Positions 8,567-16,698 of a DNA stretch of 32,000 nucleotides are shown in pieces (position 1 is the stretch's first letter; each line of letters starts with the position of its first letter). The notes below the pieces were generated by a model. The model was given only the letters and a program-made list of their open reading frames with translations, searched no databases and was not told the DNA's origin. The DNA is from Candidatus Saccharimonadota bacterium (GTDB lineage Archaea > Micrarchaeota > Micrarchaeia > Micrarchaeales > Micrarchaeaceae). The DNA lies in the NCBI GenBank assembly GCA_021654395.1, contig AP024486.1, positions 90,001 through 122,000 of the forward strand, given 5' to 3'. Both the position numbers and the translations under genes were made by a program.

Positions 8567-9979
8567 TCAACCTACTTTAGTTATTATAGATGCTAATACA
8601 GAGCCGTATGTATTATTAGGATATGTATATCCTATATACAATCTTCCTATGAAGTAGCTACCATTCTGTAGCACTGTTATGGGAGCGTAATTATCATAGC
8701 ACGGTATAGTTATGTTATATGAGACATTATTGCTTAATGTTATTATATTCGGATAAGAGTATATTGAGTCTGTGTAATTGTATTCATTGCACGATATCTC
8801 TTTTAGTGCTACACTGCTGCCTGTTGTCTGCCTTATAGTAAAGTTTAACAGACCGTTTGTATGCATATGTATATTATAGCATTTGAAGTTAGTGCTGTTG
8901 AATAGACATTCAGCATACTCTGTTGAGCTGCTGTTTTTACTACTTACAGATGTTCTATTAAATATATCTGATATATTAATGTAGCTTATACCATCTATAT
9001 TAAATAGATCTAAGCTTATACTTGCATTAATCTCTGTTGATGCTTTATCCTTTATGTATGATTCTAAGTGAGTTAGTAGATCTATAAATGATGTGTTATA
9101 TTCAAATAGCTTAGAGCTATTTTCTATATCTATAGAGTATGTTTCATTGCTATAGTTATATAATGCTATACTTTTTGATATAAGACCATCCTTACCTATA
9201 CATATAAATATAGAAGTATTCTTGCTTGATACTAAGTATCTGTATGTGCACCTGTTAGCTGTAATATTATAATTTGATATATAATACTTATACTTAGCTG
9301 TAATTGAAGCGTTTAACTCTGCAAGATTCGATATGTTATATATGGTTATATTCTTAGCTCTGCTTATCAGATCGTTTATTATATAAAGACTCGAATTCTT
9401 AGATAGCTCGCTGATACATATGGTCTTTTGTGTTATATTTAATATACTATCTGCATTGCATACATAGCTATGATTATCATAATACTCTATTAGCAAAGAG
9501 TTATATAAAGGTTGTAATAGAGTAACTTTGTTATCCGATTGCTTTTCATAGTAGATCGGTGTAATGCTCTCTACTACGCTATTATTTATACTGTAAACAG
9601 TTAGGTTGATTAGAGAAAGCAAGCTGTAATTCTTTGATCTATTTAACTGCTCAATGTGTATATAATAGGAGGCTGAAGAGTTATCTTTTACTAATGGAAT
9701 GGCTCTTAGTAGTCTTGGAGCTATGCTAATATTCTCAATCTTAGCTGAGCTCTTAGAAGTGTTCTGATATATTGTGCTAGTTGATATGGATGTATAAATA
9801 GTTTTATGACTTGACTTTAATAGCACTGATAGACCTATAACTGCTACTATAACAATTACTAAGATTGATATGACCTTTATATCGCTTCTAGGCCTTTTTT
9901 GCTTATCATTGCCAGTATTGGCATATTGGCCATAAGGATAATTCTCAGGTAGCTTTTGACTTAGCTCTCCATTATTCAT
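8567..9979 (-). CDS. Type II membrane-anchored, sequon-dense (putative N-glycosylated) surface protein
   Basis: 470 aa with a charged N-terminal tail and a single TM helix (VISILVIVIVAVIGLSVLL). The ectodomain is N/S/Y/I-rich and I hand-counted about 30 N-x-S/T sequons plus scattered Cys. I recognise no family. It lies 1 nt upstream of the DUF373 gene. Confidence 0.6.
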   Translation of the reverse strand: MNNGELSQKLPENYPYGQYANTGNDKQKRPRSDIKVISILVIVIVAVIGLSVLLKSSHKTIYTSISTSTIYQNTSKSSAKIENISIAPRLLRAIPLVKDNSSASYYIHIEQLNRSKNYSLLSLINLTVYSINNSVVESITPIYYEKQSDNKVTLLQPLYNSLLIEYYDNHSYVCNADSILNITQKTICISELSKNSSLYIINDLISRAKNITIYNISNLAELNASITAKYKYYISNYNITANRCTYRYLVSSKNTSIFICIGKDGLISKSIALYNYSNETYSIDIENSSKLFEYNTSFIDLLTHLESYIKDKASTEINASISLDLFNIDGISYINISDIFNRTSVSSKNSSSTEYAECLFNSTNFKCYNIHMHTNGLLNFTIRQTTGSSVALKEISCNEYNYTDSIYSYPNIITLSNNVSYNITIPCYDNYAPITVLQNGSYFIGRLYIGYTYPNNTYGSVLASIITKVG

Positions 9980-10239
9980 CTAATATTCACACTATTACTA
10001 AATTTTTATAAAGAATTATAAAAATATACATTTATCTTTTTAAGATTGACAGATAGCCTTAGCTTATAGAAAAGTTTTTTATATCTTTTAGATAAATTAA
10101 GTAAGATAAAAGCGATTAAGATGAATGCTAGTATTGCTCTTGTGAATAACGTTAGGGCAGATACTAGCTTAGTCTCTAATTCTTATTCTAAAGTATGCTT
10201 ATTATCAAACTATATACCATCAATAATATCAACATATAA

Positions 10240-10300
10240 TGCAGTAGCATGGGGCATAAATTATTATATATTTTTGTGCGCCAAGCCCCATACTACTGCA
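10240..10300. repeat. Imperfect inverted repeat: 16-nt arms, 1 mismatch, 29-nt spacer
   Basis: Arm 1 is TGCAGTAGCATGGGGC (10240-10255). Arm 2 is GCCCCATACTACTGCA (10285-10300), whose reverse complement TGCAGTAGTATGGGGC differs at one position. It lies in the 354-nt divergent intergenic region upstream of the wHTH gene. Confidence 0.7.
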
Positions 10301-10307
10301 TAAATAC

Positions 10308-10318
10308 ATAAAATTATA
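10308..10318 (+). promoter_or_regulatory. Candidate TATA box for the wHTH regulator gene
   Basis: ATAAAATTATA is centred about 26-36 nt upstream of the ATG codons at 10343/10349. The background is AT-rich, so specificity is low. Confidence 0.3.
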
Positions 10319-10333
10319 CTAGTTCTGTGATTT

Positions 10334-10657
10334 ATGCGGTGTATGGGGATGGAGAAGGTAGAGAGGTTAGTAGGATTGAATGAAAAGGAAAAGATTGTAA
10401 TAGCAGAGATAGGAACAGACGAGTTTCAGAGTGCATCTAAGTTTGCAGCCTACATATCAGAAGAGTATAATATACCAGTTAGTACAGTATGGTATACATT
10501 AAAAAGATTGAGAGATAAGGGGCTATTAGAGTTTAGCGATAGAGAATCAAATCTATTTATACCATTAAGACTTACAAAGAACGGCTTAAGGCTATATAAT
10601 GAGCTACCGAGCTCCGTAAAGAGAGCTGTAGAGCTAGGCCAACTTGCCTATATATAG
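10334..10657 (+). CDS. Small winged-helix (MarR/TrmB-like) transcriptional regulator
   Basis: 107 aa. SASKFAAYISEEYNIPVSTVWYTLKRLRDKGLLEF is a typical HTH plus wing. The real start is probably the ATG at 10343 or 10349 (MEKVERLV). Confidence 0.6.
   Translation: MRCMGMEKVERLVGLNEKEKIVIAEIGTDEFQSASKFAAYISEEYNIPVSTVWYTLKRLRDKGLLEFSDRESNLFIPLRLTKNGLRLYNELPSSVKRAVELGQLAYI
10335..10348 (+). promoter_or_regulatory. Third copy of the inverted-repeat motif, overlapping the predicted start region of the wHTH gene
   Basis: TGCGGTGTATGGGG matches TGCAGTAGTATGGGG (the arm consensus) with one substitution and a 1-nt deletion. Confidence 0.45.
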
Positions 10658-11683
10658 CTAATAGGCTGCTATTCCACCGAATGCAGCCAACTGTTGACCA
10701 GCATCGTCTCTTGAATTAAAGATTATTATCTCTTTTTTATCTTTCATAGCATCTCTTATTATATCTCTTATATTGCTATCTGATAAAAGATTATCATTTA
10801 CTAAGATTGTAGATATATTATAGATATTATCTTTTACCTTATCTTTGCCAGTAAATGCCTGACTTATACTTATCTTATTAAGAAGTGTCTCTAATACGCT
10901 AAACTCCTTTGATAGCATAGACTCCTCCATAATCTTTGTAAGCCTACCGCTCTTAATAAGCTCCAATACCCCTGATCTCTCTGTTGTACTCGCATACTCA
11001 AATACAAGCTTCTTTCTAGATACTGCTTCAGCCTTATCCTTTGATAAGTTCTTTATATACTCTTTTAAGTCCTCTGGCATGAATCCAGGCCCTGCTATTA
11101 ATATGGTATCAGACTTAGATTGAATAATATAGTCTACTATGCTAGAGAAGTATCTACTTAGATATTCTGTATGCTCTTTCTCGGATAACCTCTTGCTAAG
11201 TCTACTCCTTATCTCTCTAACTAGCTTTATACTACTTCCAGATAGCTCATATATGGCTGCCTGCTCATCATCTATAAGTATAACTGAGGCTTTAGCTCTC
11301 TTAGACTCAGCTACTGCTTCTTCTATAAGCTGCTCATCTATCTCATCTATACTCTGCTTTTTTATCTCTATAATACTGCCTAACTTTATGTTTATTGTGT
11401 GATAGCTATTTAACCTTATGAAATCTGATGGCTTTGCTTCTATTATCTTCCCAGTAACTCTTAAGATACCGTTAAGCTGATCGTAATTAAGCTTCTCTAT
11501 AACTATTGATATAACAACTGTTACCATATCCCCTTTCCCTTTGTCGTTTATGAATCTTCTCTTTGATCTAGATCTGAGTATATCATTAGCTCCTAGAACT
11601 CTGCTTATGTATAGCAAATCAGATAGCGCGTTGACCTTTAGCTTAATTATATTGCTCTCCTTGTTTATGCTTATTACTTTCAA
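10658..11683 (-). CDS. pelA: Pelota (Dom34) mRNA surveillance / ribosome rescue factor
   Basis: 341 aa with the three-domain eRF1-like layout, an N-terminal MKVISINKESNIIKLKV motif and the C-terminal LAAFGGIAAY motif. Confidence 0.85.
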   Translation of the reverse strand: MKVISINKESNIIKLKVNALSDLLYISRVLGANDILRSRSKRRFINDKGKGDMVTVVISIVIEKLNYDQLNGILRVTGKIIEAKPSDFIRLNSYHTINIKLGSIIEIKKQSIDEIDEQLIEEAVAESKRAKASVILIDDEQAAIYELSGSSIKLVREIRSRLSKRLSEKEHTEYLSRYFSSIVDYIIQSKSDTILIAGPGFMPEDLKEYIKNLSKDKAEAVSRKKLVFEYASTTERSGVLELIKSGRLTKIMEESMLSKEFSVLETLLNKISISQAFTGKDKVKDNIYNISTILVNDNLLSDSNIRDIIRDAMKDKKEIIIFNSRDDAGQQLAAFGGIAAY

Positions 11684-11751
11684 TTAAAACACCGGCAATC
11701 AACGAATGTCAATAAACAAATATATATTTAGTTTAAGCATAAAAAATTTAT

Positions 11752-12384
11752 ATGACTTCTATAACATTGAGTAATTCCAGCAATAAGGAAGCAGATAACC
11801 AAGAACCTTTAATAAAGTTTAAACGTACAGATGATAATAGGTTGCTGCTTGATGATAAATATACTTTTGGAGTACTATTCGTTGTAATATATGAAGATAA
11901 CGGTAAAAGATATGTATTACTAGAGCATAGATCAAGTATTGATAGCAAATGGCCTAATAAGATAGTTATACCAGGAGAGACAACTGAATTTGATAAAGAT
12001 GCAAAAGATGTAATTGGAGAATCTGGATCTTTATCATATAAGCAGATGGAAAATATAGCGTATGATACACTAATAAGAGGCTTAGAAGAAGAGTTAGGCA
12101 CAGAAGTTAAAGAGCAGAGAAAGAGCTTCAACTTTATGGGCTATACAAAGCTTGAAGTAAATGGTAAGGAGTTCTTTGCTGCTGTATATCTTATATATTC
12201 AGGTAAATTTGAACCAAAAAATGAAAACAATCCTGATGGAGAAGAAAGGCATAATAAGATTATAGAGTTTGAATTAGACGATGAGCTTATAGAAGAGCTG
12301 AAAAGGGATTCTCCAGAGCATACTATAGAGATCTTAAAAAAAGTACTTAATTTATTAAATAATGAAAAACAACTTAGAAAGTAA
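11752..12384 (+). CDS. Divergent Nudix-like hydrolase (tentative)
   Basis: RGLEEELGTEV resembles the REUxEExGU half of the Nudix box, and VLLEHRS...PGE precedes it. However, the G-x5-E-x7 spacing is disrupted by extra residues. Confidence 0.4.
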   Translation: MTSITLSNSSNKEADNQEPLIKFKRTDDNRLLLDDKYTFGVLFVVIYEDNGKRYVLLEHRSSIDSKWPNKIVIPGETTEFDKDAKDVIGESGSLSYKQMENIAYDTLIRGLEEELGTEVKEQRKSFNFMGYTKLEVNGKEFFAAVYLIYSGKFEPKNENNPDGEERHNKIIEFELDDELIEELKRDSPEHTIEILKKVLNLLNNEKQLRK

Positions 12385-12402
12385 ATTAAAGTGCGTAATT
12401 AG

Positions 12403-13239
12403 ATGGACTGGCAAGATTACTTATACATAATAAAGATTGGTGGCTCCTCTATATCAAATAAAGAAACAGGCAATTACTTTATAGAAGAAACAATAAAGAT
12501 ATTTGCTAAAGACCTAATAAGCTTTCTTAAGGAGCATCCCAACAAAGATCTAAATCTATTTATTATACATGGTGCTGGCTTTAGAGGCCATCATATAGTT
12601 AAAAGCTATTCTTTAAATGCATTATTGCAAGATAACTATAAAAACATAAGAGGTTGGCATAAGCTTAATCTTACACAGATTGAGTTATCAGATAAGATAA
12701 GCAGAGAGCTGGCCAGATACGGAATATATTCAATAAATATACCTGGAAGAGCAATAGGTTACAAAGATAACAATAATAGCGTTATAGTAAATAGAGATCT
12801 ATTAAAAAGTATTGTAGATAGATCTAGAATAAAGTTTGTAGATAATAAGATATATGGCGTTGTTGCTATAAGCTGCGGTGATATAATATATCATAATGAT
12901 AAAGGCTTAAGCATAATATCAGGGGATACAATAGCAAAAGAGCTCTCTTATATAAAGCCTAGTATAATTATACACGGAACAGATGTTGATGGTGTTATAG
13001 ATAAGAGTGGCAGCATTATAAAAAGAATAGAGAAAGAAGAGGATATAAGCAGTATTAAAAGATTTGATAGCAGTAATAGGCAGGATGTAACTGGTGGAAT
13101 AATAGGAAAGGTTCTTGAGTCTCTGAGATCAAATGCTAATAGATCATATATAATAAACCTAAGAAAAGAAGGCATGCTAAGATCTGCGTTGGCCCTAAAT
13201 GAAGTAGGAACTATAATAGAAAGAAGAGATAATATATAA
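12403..13239 (+). CDS. ipk: Isopentenyl phosphate kinase (amino-acid-kinase fold)
   Basis: IIKIGGSSISNKE, IIHGAGFRGHH, ISGDTIAKEL, GTDVDGVIDKSG and DVTGGIIGKV all parallel the archaeal IPK motifs. Confidence 0.75.
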   Translation: MDWQDYLYIIKIGGSSISNKETGNYFIEETIKIFAKDLISFLKEHPNKDLNLFIIHGAGFRGHHIVKSYSLNALLQDNYKNIRGWHKLNLTQIELSDKISRELARYGIYSINIPGRAIGYKDNNNSVIVNRDLLKSIVDRSRIKFVDNKIYGVVAISCGDIIYHNDKGLSIISGDTIAKELSYIKPSIIIHGTDVDGVIDKSGSIIKRIEKEEDISSIKRFDSSNRQDVTGGIIGKVLESLRSNANRSYIINLRKEGMLRSALALNEVGTIIERRDNI

Positions 13240-13298
13240 ATATTATCTATAATTAAGAAAGTTTATAAAGCTACTTAGATATTAATAAGTAGATTAAT

Positions 13299-13742
13299 AT
13301 GTTCTACGCAATAAAGGTAACGAATGGTCAAGAGGAGTTTATATCTAGGATACTAAAGAATAAAGCAGATATAGAGAAATTAGAGGTATACTCAATAATG
13401 GTTAGTAATGTTCCAGGATATATAATAGTAGAGTGTGATGACCTACAAACATGCAGAAAGCTTATACAAGATCAGAGAAATATAAATAAGCTCTTACCAA
13501 AGCCATTAAGCGAGGATGATATAAATAAGATGCTAACAGTGAAGAAGCAGGAAGAGCTAAATGTAGGAGATATAATAGAGTTTGTATCTGGACCGTTTAA
13601 AGGATATAAAGCAAAAGTATTGAGTATAGATAATCAGAAGAATGAGCTAACAGCCGAGCTTATAGATGCTGTTGTTCCAATTCCAATAACTGCTAAAAGG
13701 TCTTTAGCTAAGGTAATAGAAAAGGCTGAAAAGAGTGAGTAA
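13299..13742 (+). CDS. spt5: Transcription elongation factor Spt5 (NusG)
   Basis: NGN domain (MFYAIKVTNGQEEF...PGYIIVE) plus the KOW motif VGDIIEFVSGPFKGYKAKV. It sits upstream of L11, as is canonical. Confidence 0.85.
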   Translation: MFYAIKVTNGQEEFISRILKNKADIEKLEVYSIMVSNVPGYIIVECDDLQTCRKLIQDQRNINKLLPKPLSEDDINKMLTVKKQEELNVGDIIEFVSGPFKGYKAKVLSIDNQKNELTAELIDAVVPIPITAKRSLAKVIEKAEKSE

Positions 13743-13744
13743 AG

Positions 13745-14212
13745 ATGGCTGAAGTTGAGATTAAAGCGTTAGTTAAAGGAGGTAAGGCAACAGCCGGACC
13801 ACCATTAGGACCGGCTTTAGGTGCTACTGGTGTAAATATTGGTCAAGTTATAGCAGAGATAAATAAGCAGACCTCTAAGTATAATGGACTTAGAGTACCA
13901 GTAAAGATAATTATAAACTCTGAGACAAAGCAGTTTAAGGTAGAGGTAAGGAAGCCTTTTACAAGCATAATGCTACTAAGTGAGCTTGGAATAGAGAAAG
14001 GTAAGAAAGCAAATGAGACTGTTGGAGATATAAGCTTAGACAAGCTTGTAAATATAGCTAAAGAGAAGTCAGATGTACTTTTAGGAAAGGATCTTAAGAG
14101 CAAGGTTAAAGAGGTCTTAGGAACTTGTAAAAGTGCAGGAATAACATGCGATGGAATGGATCCAAAGGAGGTAATAAAGAAGATAAATTCAGGAGAGATA
14201 AAGATAGAGTAG
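13745..14212 (+). CDS. rpl11: 50S ribosomal protein L11 (uL11)
   Basis: GGKATAGPPLGPALGATGVNIGQV signature. Confidence 0.95.
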   Translation: MAEVEIKALVKGGKATAGPPLGPALGATGVNIGQVIAEINKQTSKYNGLRVPVKIIINSETKQFKVEVRKPFTSIMLLSELGIEKGKKANETVGDISLDKLVNIAKEKSDVLLGKDLKSKVKEVLGTCKSAGITCDGMDPKEVIKKINSGEIKIE

Positions 14213-14895
14213 AGAGCGTATTGCCATTTAAGCAGCTTTACAGTAAGCTGCTATCTTATTTTGGATTTAGAGACTGGTGGCCAGGAGATAGTAAGCTTGA
14301 GATATGCATAGGAGCTATACTAACACAGCAGACCTCATGGAGTAATGTTGAGAGAGCAATAGAAAAGATAAAAAGTAATGGATATATGAATCTAGAGAGA
14401 CTAGCTTATTTAGATATCTCTTCTTTAGAGAATCTTGTTAGAAGCACTGGCTTCTATAAGACCAAGGCAAGATATCTTCAAGGATTCTGTAAGTATGTAT
14501 TAGAGCATTATAAAAGCTTAGATAATCTTTTAAGCAAGCCTTATGAAGAGCTAAGAAAGGAGCTACTAGGTATAAGTGGTATTGGAAGAGAGACAGCAGA
14601 CTCGATAATACTATACGCATCTGAGCAGCTGAGCTTTGTAGTAGATGCATACACAAAGAGAGTATTAAAAAGAGTATATGGAATAGAGGAGAATGATTAC
14701 GAATATATAAAGGCGTTATTCGAAAGCTTAATAGATAAGGATCTTGATCTATATAAAGACTTTCATGCGCAGATTGTAGAGTTATGTAAAAATATATGCA
14801 AGAGTGATCCGATCTGCAGTATCTGCCCTATAAGCTCTTACTGCTTATATAACAGATCCGAGCTTAATACTAAAAAGATTAAGGAATCGCATTAG
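14146..14895 (+). CDS. Endonuclease III-related HhH-GPD DNA glycosylase-like protein (COG2231-type)
   Basis: FGFRDWWPGDSKLEICIGAILTQQTSWSNVERAI, the HhH motif LLGISGIGRETADSIILYA, the Asp in VVDAYTKRV, and a C-terminal Cys cluster CKNICKSDPICSICPISSYC. The longest-ORF ATG overlaps L11 by 67 nt. A TTG at 14221 is a plausible true start. Confidence 0.75.
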   Translation: MRWNGSKGGNKEDKFRRDKDRVESVLPFKQLYSKLLSYFGFRDWWPGDSKLEICIGAILTQQTSWSNVERAIEKIKSNGYMNLERLAYLDISSLENLVRSTGFYKTKARYLQGFCKYVLEHYKSLDNLLSKPYEELRKELLGISGIGRETADSIILYASEQLSFVVDAYTKRVLKRVYGIEENDYEYIKALFESLIDKDLDLYKDFHAQIVELCKNICKSDPICSICPISSYCLYNRSELNTKKIKESH

Positions 14896-16623
14896 TTATC
14901 TATTCAGTAGCTGCTCCGATGTTATTCCGTACTGTCTGACTTGTAAAGGCATATCATCTAAACCGTATCTCTTAACCTTCTCTATATCTACGCCTTTCTT
15001 CTTCATAAATCTTTCTAAGATCCATACTAACAGCTTTGCACCAAATGGTAGTATTGTGGATAGGCCCATATTTGCTATTGGGCTTCTCTTTGCTACACCA
15101 TTGCTTCTTCTTGCATTTCTGACAGCCATCTTCATTAAGTGCCTATAAGCCGCATAATATACAGCAAGCTGCGCCTCTGTGAGCATCTCTGGCGAGAAGC
15201 TCTTATCCTTTATCTTACCTAATGGCATATTATACATAGGTGTTGCTGTAAACTCAAATGGTATATTATTAACATATGAGTTACTTAGCCTATTTATTAG
15301 TGCTACAGTATCCCAGTTGTCCTCGTCTGTCTCGCTGCTCTGGCCAACCTGCACAGTAAATGCAGGTCTCCAGTAGTACATATTAAAGTTTCTTGTTCCA
15401 TTCCATACAATCTCCTGCCATGAACCGTCAGGACCTATCCTTAATGGCAAGGTCTTGTTTGGCATATGTATCTTAGCTAATCTATCACTACCTGTCTCTA
15501 TACCAACCTGTATTCCTATCCAGTTATTTGGACCTGATCTAATTATATCTGAAAGCTTCTTTATCAGATCTGGAAATGCTGCAGGTATAGATATCCTGCC
15601 ATGTGTAGGATTTAATCTTTTAATTCCTTTTATCGACATTACAGTGCTGAATAGCTCTACTAGCGCCTCCTCATTAGGAGTATAGAATAGACCATGCTTA
15701 TATGCAAATATCTCATCACTATGAAGCCATGCATTGCTTATCTGTCCGTTAGTTAGTCTTACATTAACCTCTACCTCCTTTTTAACCCACTCTACTGGAT
15801 AGTATCTTAATGGCCTTAATGTAACCTCACAGAAGTCGCAGCCTATTCCACAGCCACGCATTACCTCTGTCATTCCTCTCATAGAAGGCTTATCTATTAA
15901 AGGAATCTCTTCTAATAGAGGAAATCTTCTTTTAGAGTTTGGATGCCTTGTTATAAACTTTGGATGATCCTTATAGTATGGTCTAAAGTTATCATCATAG
16001 CTTAGATAGCCATTATAGAATATGCTCTTATCTATATTGTCTTCTATAATGCCTTTAAATAGTTGTACAGCAACATCCTCCATCTCTCCCTGAACTAGAT
16101 AGTCTATCTTTTCATTCTCTATCTCCTCTTGAAGTATAGTAAACTCCCAGACTCCCGGACCGCCAACTATAAGCTTAGCTTTTCTATTAGCTCTCGCTTT
16201 ATTTAGTCTATCTATAAGTGCCTCCCACTCTTTCCTTACCCATGCTACATAGTACTCAGGTCCAAATAGTACTGCATAAGACATTGTTAATGGACCTATT
16301 CCTAAAGGATCCATTGTCGAGACTGCTATAACCTCTGTATCGTCATCTATAAACTTTTCTATATAATTTGGATGTGGAACTACTATCTCTTTTGAGTCAA
16401 AACCGCGCTCTAATGCTGCTTGTAGCTTTCTGATTGCATATGGAGCTTGCATAGCCTCTCCATTAGGTAAGGCTTTAACTAGAGGCTTCTTTAGAAACTC
16501 GTAGATTGGCTTTGGAACTGCGCCGTAAGGTGCACATGGTAAGAAGTCTAACAGCGGATAATCTCTATAATTATACATTAGTGTATAATCAGATACTAAG
16601 ACGATCTTCGCCATAGCTTTCAC
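14896..16623 (-). CDS. Radical SAM domain protein with an N-terminal Rossmann-like (B12-binding-like) domain; substrate unknown
   Basis: 575 aa with a single CX3CX2C motif (MRGCGIGCDFCEV) mid-protein and an N-terminal KIVLVSDYTLM...VIAVSTMDP...KLIVGGPG pattern. There are only 4 Cys in total. Confidence 0.7.
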   Translation of the reverse strand: MKAMAKIVLVSDYTLMYNYRDYPLLDFLPCAPYGAVPKPIYEFLKKPLVKALPNGEAMQAPYAIRKLQAALERGFDSKEIVVPHPNYIEKFIDDDTEVIAVSTMDPLGIGPLTMSYAVLFGPEYYVAWVRKEWEALIDRLNKARANRKAKLIVGGPGVWEFTILQEEIENEKIDYLVQGEMEDVAVQLFKGIIEDNIDKSIFYNGYLSYDDNFRPYYKDHPKFITRHPNSKRRFPLLEEIPLIDKPSMRGMTEVMRGCGIGCDFCEVTLRPLRYYPVEWVKKEVEVNVRLTNGQISNAWLHSDEIFAYKHGLFYTPNEEALVELFSTVMSIKGIKRLNPTHGRISIPAAFPDLIKKLSDIIRSGPNNWIGIQVGIETGSDRLAKIHMPNKTLPLRIGPDGSWQEIVWNGTRNFNMYYWRPAFTVQVGQSSETDEDNWDTVALINRLSNSYVNNIPFEFTATPMYNMPLGKIKDKSFSPEMLTEAQLAVYYAAYRHLMKMAVRNARRSNGVAKRSPIANMGLSTILPFGAKLLVWILERFMKKKGVDIEKVKRYGLDDMPLQVRQYGITSEQLLNR

Positions 16624-16698
16624 TACAATTAACTTAAAAATTATTTAACAAATGATATTTAATATTTTACTTATAAAGAGTTTACAAAGATAAAGCAA

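Noticed and set aside
10121-10303. A 60-aa ORF in the long intergenic region upstream of the wHTH gene.
   Set aside because: It has no recognisable motif and a low-complexity composition. Its 3' end is simply the inverted repeat at 10240-10300. I interpret the region as regulatory or non-coding. A micro-protein cannot be excluded without expression data.
14146-14220. A possible programmed frameshift or fusion between L11 and the EndoIII-like ORF, suggested by the 67-nt overlap.
   Set aside because: L11 has its own in-frame stop and a complete C-terminus. The overlapping part of the second ORF is a non-homologous K/R/D-rich artefact of longest-ORF calling. A TTG start just after the L11 stop explains the layout.
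14896-16623. The idea that the 575-aa radical SAM protein is the tetraether lipid synthase (Tes/GDGT-MAS).
   Set aside because: As I recall, that enzyme binds several Fe-S clusters plus a rubredoxin-like site and is therefore Cys-rich. This protein has only 4 Cys in total, 3 of them in the canonical CX3CX2C. The assignment is unsupported from sequence inspection.
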